51,228 nucleotides of DNA, taken from an uncultured Planctomycetaceae bacterium (GTDB taxonomy: Bacteria; Planctomycetota; Planctomycetia; Pirellulales; JAEUIK01). Below the pieces are notes generated by a model. That model did not search any database. It was not told where the DNA came from and saw only the letters and a list, made by a program, of their open reading frames with translations. The DNA is taken from NCBI GenBank assembly GCA_964495375.1, contig CAZBWM010000002.1, positions 137,780 to 189,007 on the forward strand, read 5' to 3'. This document shows positions 18,621-27,400 of this stretch, one piece after another (the stretch's first letter is position 1; each line of letters begins with the position of its first letter). A program made the translations under genes and the position numbers.

Positions 18621-19398
18621 GCGACTGTTGCCCGGCAGCCATTGCAGGGCTACAGCACGAAATCCGTCGACAAATGACCAGATCCACGGCGCGTTGAGTT
18701 TGCTGCGGACGGTGAACGTTTCCTTGCGAAGCGTCGCCAGCCGTTTTCCTCCGGGCCAGCGCGATCGGATAAGTCCGTCGATGGCTTTTTCGGCCAACGC
18801 CAGCGTTGCGCGCCGGAGACGAGTGTCGCTCCGGCGTCGGTGTCTGGAACCGCCGAGCCGGCCGAGCACATGTCGGCGCCGATCCACCGGCAAGCCAGTG
18901 GCACACGAAGCCAAACAACAGCGACCTGTTCTCCCCTTAGGACCCGACGCAAATGCGTTCAACGGGTCGGTTCGGCGAGTCCGTTCGCCTTGTGCGCGGA
19001 CCATTAGAAATTGCATCCATAGAAACGCACAGAAGAGCGCAGAAGGATCGAGGCCGAGCTACCCGCGCCCCGATGCCAACTTCTGTGTCCTTCGGCGAAC
19101 TGCTGTGAATTGACCACGGATTTCACCGATTGCACGGATTGATTTCGCGGCTTGATTCAATCATCCGTGCAATCCGTGTCATCCGTGGTCCAAAGCTTCG
19201 GACGTAAAACTGCGATCTTGGACGCAAGCCGGACGCAAACGTTTTCAGTTTGCGTCCAAGAATAAGTCCCGACACCACAGAGCCTTAGCTGCGTGGAGCA
19301 CGAACTTTGGACGGTTTGGACGCAAATTCCCGGAACACTTTATTGGGGAGGCCCCCCACGCGCTTGCGACTGCGTGATGTGCGTTTCAGAATGGCCCG

Positions 19399-21837
19399 AT
19401 GGCTGACCGCAAGTCGATTCCCCTGGAAGCAATGACGGCAGATCGCTCGAGCAAGCGTCGCTGGCTCGCCGCGCTGGCGGTCGTCGCGATTTCGCTGGCC
19501 GTGTTTGGCCGCTCGCTGGGCTTTGGTTTCCTGGGGCAAGACGACGTCGACAATATCCTGGTCAATCCACAATTGAATCCGCCCTCTTGGCGACATGTCG
19601 CCAGGTTTTGGCGCGAGCCCTACCTGAGCCTGTACATTCCGGTGACCTACACGTTCTGGAGCGGCGAAGCGTATCTCGCCTGGCAGACCGACCGCGCGGG
19701 GGGGCGCGTCGAGCAGCCAGGCTACGTGCCGCTCGATCCGCGGGTGTTTCGCGCTGGCTCGATCGCGCTCCATACGCTGGTCGTGCTCGTCGTTTACTTA
19801 TTGTTGTTGCGGCTGGTTGCCAACCCGCTCCCCGCGGCGGCCGGCGCGCTGCTGTTCGCGCTGCATCCGCTGCAGGTCGAAAGCGTCGGCTGGATCACGG
19901 AAAATAAGGGGTTGCTCTCGACGCTGTTCAGCACGCTCGCGCTCTGGCAGGTGGTGGTGTTCTGGCAAGCGAGTCCGGTTGCCGAGTCGCGGGCCGACCA
20001 GCCGGCGTCTGCCTCGGAGCGCAACTCGAAGCCGCGCGGCGTGCGCCGCGATCGCCGTCGAACTGCCGAGCGATCTCCAAGCGATCGTCGCTGGCTGCAC
20101 TTTGCCGCCGCGACGGCGTCGTTCGCCCTGGCGCTGTTGGCAAAACCGATCGCCGCCGCGTTGCCCCTGGCGGCGGCCGCCCTGGCGATCGGCTGGCTCA
20201 AACGTCCCTGGCGTTCGACCGTGCTGCAGTTGCTCCCCTGGTGTGCGCTAACCGCCGCTATCGCCGCGCTCACCATGGGCGAGCAAGGGGCGACGACGAT
20301 CACGCACATTCCACCGCTCTGGCAACGACCACTGATGGCCGGCGACGCCCTGGCCTGCTACCTGCTCAAGCTGGTCGTCCCTTGGCCGCTGGGCGGAGAC
20401 TATGGCCGCTCGGGCTGGCAAGTGATGCACAGCGATTGGACCTACGTGATGTGGCTGGTGCCGCTTGGAGTGCTCGCGGCGCTGTGGTGGCTGCCGCGTC
20501 GCGCCATTTGGCTCTCGGCCGCCATCGTGTTCATCGCGGGCTTGCTGCCGGTTTCGGGCCTGGTGCCATTCGCCTATCAGAATGCCTCGACCGTCGCCGA
20601 TCGCTACGCGTATCTGGCAATGCTCGGGCCAGCGCTGGCCGTAGCGGCCTGGCTGGCGACGAAACCTGATTGGCGAAGACTCGTCCCCACCGCGATCGTA
20701 CTGGCGATCTTCGCGGGCTTGAGTTTTCGGCAGCTCGCGGCCTGGCGCGACGATCGCGCCTGGACCGCGCAGACCTTGGCGGTGAACCCGGCCAGCTTCT
20801 TTGGCCTGGAATCCCAGGCCCAGATTCTCGTGACCGAGGGACGCGCGGCGGAAGCCAACGCCACGCGTGAGGCATCGCAGCGATTGAATCCGCAAGCCGT
20901 CGAGCCGTGCTACAACCTGGCGACCGCGGCACTGGCGCGCGGCGATCTCCCCGCGGCCATCCACTGGTATCGCACGGCCTTGACCATTCAGCCCGATTCG
21001 CGCATCGCGCATGGCTACCTGGCGGAGAGTTTTGCGCGCTTGGGGGACCAGCGCGCCGCGCTCGAAGAATTCCATCTGGCAACCGATGGCCTGACGCGCG
21101 ATCGCAATGTCTCCGCTCAGGGCACGCGCATCGGCAACGTCTTTTCGGAGCGCGGCCGCTTGGACCTCGCCCGCGACGTCATGTTGACGGCCCTGCGTTT
21201 GCACCCGACATCCATCGAAGCGCTGAACAATCTGGCCGTGCTTGAAGCCAAACAGCGGAACCTGCCCGAGGGCCTGCGTTACTTGAACGTGGCCTTGTCG
21301 ATCGATCCGGCGCACACGGTAACGCTGGTCAATCATGGAGTGCTGTCGAATGCCGCGGGGCAGGGCGAGACGGCGCTCGCCGAGCTACAGCGGGCAGTTG
21401 CTCAGGCGCCGCACTCGCTCGTGGCGCGCGGCGCATTAGCCGAGTTGCTGGTGCAGGCCAGGCGGACGGCGGAGGCCGCGCAACACTACCGCGCGGGTGT
21501 GGCCGCGCACCCCGAATGGTGGGAAGGTTGCCGCGCCCTGTCCTACCTGCTGGCCACCGACGCCGACGCCCGGGTGCGTCGCGGCCCCGAGGCGTTGTCC
21601 CTGGCCGAGCGGCTTTGCGCGGCGACGAGCAGTCGTGATCCCGCGGCGCTTGAAGCGCTGGCCGCGGCCCGCGCCGAGACGGGGCAATTCGACGGCGCGG
21701 TGGCCGCTCAGTCGCAAGCCATCGACTTGTGGCGCGTCGCCAATCGGCCCGACCGGGTGACGGCCGCCGAGCGCCGGCTCGAGGCGTACCGGCGGTCGCA
21801 GCCCTGGCGGGAGACGCACGCGGTTTTGGCCCGCTAG
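19399..21837 (+). CDS. TMTC/DUF1736-family membrane protein with C-terminal TPR repeats (GT-C fold, O-mannosyltransferase-like)
   Basis: The N-terminal polytopic domain has the loop-1 motif GQDDVDN and the DUF1736 signature ESVGWITENKGLLSTLF. The C-terminal ~400 aa consist of TPR-like helices. Confidence 0.8.
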   Translation: MADRKSIPLEAMTADRSSKRRWLAALAVVAISLAVFGRSLGFGFLGQDDVDNILVNPQLNPPSWRHVARFWREPYLSLYIPVTYTFWSGEAYLAWQTDRAGGRVEQPGYVPLDPRVFRAGSIALHTLVVLVVYLLLLRLVANPLPAAAGALLFALHPLQVESVGWITENKGLLSTLFSTLALWQVVVFWQASPVAESRADQPASASERNSKPRGVRRDRRRTAERSPSDRRWLHFAAATASFALALLAKPIAAALPLAAAALAIGWLKRPWRSTVLQLLPWCALTAAIAALTMGEQGATTITHIPPLWQRPLMAGDALACYLLKLVVPWPLGGDYGRSGWQVMHSDWTYVMWLVPLGVLAALWWLPRRAIWLSAAIVFIAGLLPVSGLVPFAYQNASTVADRYAYLAMLGPALAVAAWLATKPDWRRLVPTAIVLAIFAGLSFRQLAAWRDDRAWTAQTLAVNPASFFGLESQAQILVTEGRAAEANATREASQRLNPQAVEPCYNLATAALARGDLPAAIHWYRTALTIQPDSRIAHGYLAESFARLGDQRAALEEFHLATDGLTRDRNVSAQGTRIGNVFSERGRLDLARDVMLTALRLHPTSIEALNNLAVLEAKQRNLPEGLRYLNVALSIDPAHTVTLVNHGVLSNAAGQGETALAELQRAVAQAPHSLVARGALAELLVQARRTAEAAQHYRAGVAAHPEWWEGCRALSYLLATDADARVRRGPEALSLAERLCAATSSRDPAALEALAAARAETGQFDGAVAAQSQAIDLWRVANRPDRVTAAERRLEAYRRSQPWRETHAVLAR

Positions 21838-22087
21838 TCTGTCTGAATCGGCCGGCCAGCTTGACACCTCAATCAGTCCGAATATCATTTAGTGCAAAGG
21901 GTTTACGTTGAGTGCGCGGGCGGCGGCGGTTTGACCGGTGCTTTTGATCCCGCGTGAGTTTGGCCGCCGAACGGGCGCACCGAGGCGCATGCCGGTGGTT
22001 GGTCGAAACCCGGCCCGGCTGTTTGCCACGCCCACCGATTGGGTTACGTTGGCGGTCTGACCGCAAAGTAGTCGAGGAGTCGAACGC

Positions 22088-22441
22088 ATGGCCGTGCATC
22101 GTGGATTACAAGTTACCGAGGTGGGCGACGTTACCGTCGTTCGCTTCGTCGATCGCAAGATCCTCGACGAAGTCACTATTCAGGAGCTGGGTCAGGAGCT
22201 GTTCAACCTGATTGAAGAGGAGAACCGCTCCAAGCTGCTGTTGAACTTCTCGGCGGTCGAGTTTTTGTCGAGCCACGCGCTCGGCAAGCTGATCACGCTC
22301 GAGAAGAAAGTCAAAGCTCACAAGGGCAAGCTCAAGCTGAGCAACATTCGGCCGGAGATCTACGAAGTCTTCGCGATCACCAAGCTGAACAAGCTGTTCG
22401 ACATTAAAGAAGACGAGGCCGACGCGCTGGCCGCGTTTTAG
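22088..22441 (+). CDS. STAS-domain anti-sigma factor antagonist
   Basis: 117 aa with a SpoIIAA/RsbV-like pattern LLLNFSAVEFLSSHALGKLITLEKKVKAHKGKLKLSNIRPEIYEVFAITKL. Confidence 0.85.
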   Translation: MAVHRGLQVTEVGDVTVVRFVDRKILDEVTIQELGQELFNLIEEENRSKLLLNFSAVEFLSSHALGKLITLEKKVKAHKGKLKLSNIRPEIYEVFAITKLNKLFDIKEDEADALAAF

Positions 22442-22620
22442 TGAGCGGCGATCGTCGTCGAGCGCGCACGGCGACGCGACACCGTCGCTACGCAGGGGCA
22501 CATCACCGATTGCGGAATCACCAATAGGGGAATCTGCCACTCCGGCCGCCGAGGCAAACGCCGTGCGGCCAGCCGTTGGCAACGGCCACGGGAGGGCCCA
22601 GGGGGGTGAGTGCAACTGTT

Positions 22621-23037
22621 ATGATCAACGACGAGTGGCTCTGGTCGTTAAACCGGTTGATCCCCAACGATCCGGTTGTCGGCCGGCAAGTGCTGGAGCA
22701 GATTCGCGAACAGCTCGAAGCCCAGCAATGGGACGAGCGCGAGATCTTCGGCGTGCGCCTGGCCGTCGACGAAGCGCTCGTCAATGCCATGAAGCACGGC
22801 AACCGTCAGGACGCCGGCAAACAGGTGGGCGTCGTCTGCAAGTTATCGGCCAAGCGACTCTGGATCCGGATCGCCGACGAAGGGCCCGGCTTCACTCCCG
22901 AAGCCGTCCCCGATTGCACTGAGCCTGAGAATCTCGAGCGCCCCTGTGGCCGCGGGATCATGCTGATGCGGAGTTTCATGTCGCGCGTCGAGTACAACCC
23001 GCAAGGCAACGCCGTCGAGATGGAAAAGCAGCGCTAG
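22621..23037 (+). CDS. anti-sigma regulatory factor, HATPase_c Ser-protein kinase (RsbW/SpoIIAB-like)
   Basis: Bergerat-fold motifs RLAVDEALVNAMKHGN (N-box) and IRIADEGPGF (G1), then GRGIMLM (G2). A GTG at 22606 is an alternative start. Confidence 0.8.
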   Translation: MINDEWLWSLNRLIPNDPVVGRQVLEQIREQLEAQQWDEREIFGVRLAVDEALVNAMKHGNRQDAGKQVGVVCKLSAKRLWIRIADEGPGFTPEAVPDCTEPENLERPCGRGIMLMRSFMSRVEYNPQGNAVEMEKQR

Positions 23038-23357
23038 CCGGGGCCCGGCGGGCCTGCCCTTGGGCGTCGGGGAAATACCCTGGGGCCTCCGACAGATGCC
23101 CGAGCACCCGCTCGTAGCGATGGCGAATCGCACCCTTGCGGGCCGATGCTTTTGACTGCCGGGGGCTGGAAAGCGCCTCCTCAGGCGGAGCGCACCGGGG
23201 ACACGGATTGCGTCGATTCAACGACGATCGAGAATGTTGGCACGACGTGTCGTGTGCGTCCGCTTTGCGGCAGGAAGGTGCGAAGACTACCCTCGCCTGG
23301 AGGTTCTCGGCGCGGCTTGTCAACGATCCAAGTGCAGACTAAATTCCATAGAGCCAT

Positions 23358-23430
23358 TCCCCGATAGCTCAGTTGGTAGAGCGCGCGGCTGTTAACCGCT
23401 AGGTCCAAGGTTCGAGTCCTTGTCGGGGAG
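23358..23430 (+). tRNA. tRNA-Asn (anticodon GTT)
   Basis: Hand-folded cloverleaf: acceptor TCCCCGA/TCGGGGA, D-arm GCTC-AGTTGGTA-GAGC, anticodon loop CTGTTAA, T-arm CAAGG-TTCGAGT-CCTTG, discriminator G, no encoded CCA. Confidence 0.9.
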
Positions 23431-24449
23431 CTTCGCGATTTCCTCCGAAATCGCTTCCAAAGCCAGTTAACACGATCCGGCCGAGCGAGCAGCTCTCGGC
23501 CGTCCTCGTTTCTCCGCCTTTCGGCGACCCAATCGCAGCAGCTCTTCGGGTTCGAGCCTGATTGCAGCCCAAAGGCGATAGCCGTCGTTCAAATCGCCAG
23601 TTGGTGATCTCGGCGCGCACAGACGCTAGGGTTTCGTCGAAACTCTCTGAGTGCCGCACCTTCATCAGGCGGCGAGTTAACCCCTCCAACGCACCGGCTC
23701 TCGGCCGCGTGAACTCGCCCACTTGTCGGACTCCGGGAACACCGCCTAACTGGCTTCCGAAAATCGATAACCATGGCGTCGATAATGCCACGCGATTGCG
23801 CGCGGCATTTTCAGCGGCGATTTTGACGTCGCCAACCAACTCTGAGTGCTTTTCGGCTGCCCTGAAACCGAGTCTCTCGCGCGCTCAATTCCGCTTGAGC
23901 TTCCTGCGCCGACGGTGCTCACTGTGTTCACGGGTTAACGATCCGAGAACCACCCCAAGGATTCACCGCGTATGACTTTTTCAATCGAAACCGCGCTAGC
24001 CTTTGAAAGCGAAGACGAAGCCTGTGTAATCTGCTTGACTCGCAAAATGGGCAAATTACACTTAGCGCGCGACGGATCGGATAAGTGGCGCTGCCAACCT
24101 TGGCGGCATCACGATAGGGGGGCAATGTGGGCGCCATTAAGATCTTCAACTACGGGCAGAGCGCCGCACCGGTTTGCGGGGAACTTCGATCGTCGTACAC
24201 CTGGGGCTCCGGTTCGCCCAGGGTGGCCCGCATTTCTGGACGCCCAGCGTGGCCGTGCTTTTTGCAGGTGACTGCCGCGGATTCGCGGCTGGGCCATCGC
24301 CCCATTCATAGCGGCGGTCGAGCCGGTCGTGCGGCGCTCGACGAAGCTGTACATTTATCGTTGCGTGCGGCAAGCAGCGTCTACGATCGGCTGGCGATGC
24401 TGCCTAGCGCTCGGCGTTAAGCCTTCAATTGATTCAAAGGGGTGCGGGG

Positions 24450-27400
24450 ATGAGCGACAGGGAGCAGTCGTTTTGGGGGCGCTTTGGCGTCCAGCGGAAA
24501 CGTGGGCGACATCGCAATCGTCGCCCCGCGCCACGCCGCGCGGTCTTTGAGGTGCTCGAAGCACGCCGTGTGCTGACCCACGTTGGCGACGGGGCGCTCA
24601 TTCATAACCCCATGGTTGTTGAGATGGGGAGCGTGCCCATCATCGATCCAGCGCTGGGGATTGTGCCCGCGGATGTTGTCAGCTCGTTAACGGGGCTGCC
24701 GGCGCTGCACAGCCGACCTGGCGCCCCGGCATCGATCTTTTTGGATTTCGATGGGCATTTCGAGCCCGTCTGGGGTGGGTTCACCAACGTCACCACTCCG
24801 GTGTTCGATCTGGACGGCGATACGTCGACGTTCAACGGCACCGAAATCGCGGTCATCAATTCGGTGTGGCAGCGGGTTAGCGAAGACTACGCACCGTTCA
24901 ACATCGATGTCACGACGGTCAATCCCGGTGACTTTAGCAATGGCAAGGGGTTGCGGGTAGCGATTGGGGGCCTGGGTGACTGGCTGGGCTTTGCCGCGGG
25001 CGGCGTGGCCTACATCGATAATTTCACCAATGCGATTGCCAACACGGTTTACGTGTTCCCCGGTCATCTGAGCAACAGCGAAAAGCTGATTGCCGAAGCG
25101 TCGTCGCACGAGGCCGGGCATGCGGTGGGCTTGTACCACCAGAGCACCTACGACTCCAACAGCGTCAAAGTCCAGGAATACAACCCTGGCTCAGGCAACT
25201 GGGCGCCCATTATGGGCAACAGTTATTCGGCCCAGGTGAGCACCTGGTACAACGGCCAGTCGTCGGAAGGCGCGACCGCCTTGCAAGACGACATGTCGAT
25301 CATTGCTCGCCCGCTCAATGGCTTCGGCTATCGAGCCGACGATCACGGGGGAACCACCGCGACGGCTTCGCCGATGACGGTCGACGGCGACAGCGTGCTG
25401 GGCGGCGGCGTCATCGAAACCATGTCTGACGTCGACGCCTTTACGTTTTCGACCGATGCCGGACTGGTGACGCTGACGGCCAACGTGGCCTCGCTCGGAG
25501 CCAATCTCAAGGCGGTGCTCGAGCTCTACGACAGTTTCGGAACGCTCGTCGCCCAGGCGAACCCGGCCAGTCCTGCAATCTTAAGTGCGACCATCAGCAC
25601 CTTTGTGCCCGCTGGCGTTTACACGGTCCTGGTCAAGGCGACGGGCAACTACGGCTGGGTGGGGCAGTACTCGTTAACCGGCGCCGTCAACGGCGGGTTG
25701 TTCGTCGAAGGGCACACCCCGACCGAGGTCGATGTCGTTGACACTCCCCCCACGGACTTCGATATCCATTTCTCGCGATTCCTGGATTCCGACACGATCG
25801 ACGCCAGCGATTTGCTGGTCAATGGCGTGGCGGCCGATTCGTACGAACTGCTGCCGGATTTCCGGACCGTGCGATTCCATTTCAATACAAGCCCGGTGAC
25901 GGTCGAAGGTTTGCAGCACCTGGAGATTGCCGCCGGCGCCCTGCAAGAACTCGACTTGGGCACGCTGCTCAAGCCGTTTGCGGGCACGTTCCGCTACGAC
26001 CCCACGCCACTATCGATCACGTCGATCGTGCCGGCCGATGGATCGGCGGTAACGCTACCAATGACGAACTTGACCGTACACTTCAGCCAGGAGTTCGCAG
26101 CCGGCTCGGTAAGCGCCGGCGATCTGTTGCTCGATCGCGGCACGGTGACCGGCTTCACGATTGTCGACAGCTCGACGATCGACTTTGCCATCGCGGGCCT
26201 CACGACCGAAGGACCGCTCAGCGTGCAGATCCAGGCCGGCAAGCTGACCGATTTGGCGGGTAACCCAAGCCTGCCGTTCGCCGGCAATCTGATTCTCGAC
26301 GTGGGCATCGTCCCCTATCCCAGTCCGCTGGGAGCTGTCGATCCTTTGGGTAGCCAGATCTACGATCCGGCCGTGGCGGGCACCATCGGTTTTGCCGGCG
26401 ACACCGACAGCTTCACCCTCGACGTCCCTGTCGGCCAGACGATTTCCGTCGTGGTCGAATCGGGGACTGGTCTGAAGCCGGCCGTCACGCTGTACGATCC
26501 GCTGGGTGTCGCAATCGGCACGGCAACGGCCCCGGCCGCCGGCAAGGCGGCGGTGCTCAACACTGTGGCTACCTTGTCGGGCGGAACATACACGATTGTC
26601 GTTACGGGAGCGGAGAACTCGATCGGTTCGTACTCCGCGCACGTGCTGATCAACACGGCAATAGAAGAATCGCGGTACGGAGGAGCCACGAACTCCTCGC
26701 GGGCGACGGCCCAGTCGCTGGATGACAGCTTCCTCGACCTGGGTGGCGGCATTTCACGCGGCGCCGTGCTCGGGCAATCGCAACCGCCGATTGGCCCGTT
26801 GGCCAACGAATCGGAACCGAACGATACCTTGCTGACGGCCGACGATGCGACGCGCAACTTCTTGCCGGCCGTCGGCGCCGACAGTCAACGCTATCAATTG
26901 GGATTGCGCGGCCAACTACAAACGTTCGGTGACTCAGATTGGATTCGTTTGGGGACGCTGCGCGCGGGCGACCGACTCAGCCTGGCGGAATACGGTTCTG
27001 GTTCGGCGCGCGGCTCGGTCGGAGATACCTATCTCTATCTTTATCGTGGCACCAGCGCCAGCCCGATTCTAGTCGCCAGCAACGACGACAGTGGTCCTGG
27101 GGCGGACTCGTTTATTTATCGGTTCAATATTTCTACGACGGACGAGTACTACCTGCGAGCGGGCTCATTTAGTGGCGGCACCGGGTTCTACGACATTGCC
27201 CTCTCGCTGGAAGCCGCGGGTGCCGGCCCTGTCACGGGCGGGGCTGTCCCGGTGGAATCGGAGCCCAACGATTCGGCCGCCACGGCGATCGACGCCTCGA
27301 CCAGTTGGCGAGCCGTACAGCACGTATCGCAAACCACCGGCTCGCTCGGCTTCGACTACGACTACTTCAAATACCACTTCACCGCGGGCGACCTGGTGAG

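Noticed and set aside
18462-19016. 184-aa minus ORF and the 171-aa plus ORF (18598..19113)
   Set aside because: No start context, no recognisable motifs, and Arg/Pro/Ser-rich low-complexity composition. The plus ORF's ATG sits inside the -10 element. Treated as non-coding.
23399-23839. 146-aa minus ORF overlapping tRNA-Asn
   Set aside because: It overlaps the tRNA gene, has no motifs and a non-protein-like composition.
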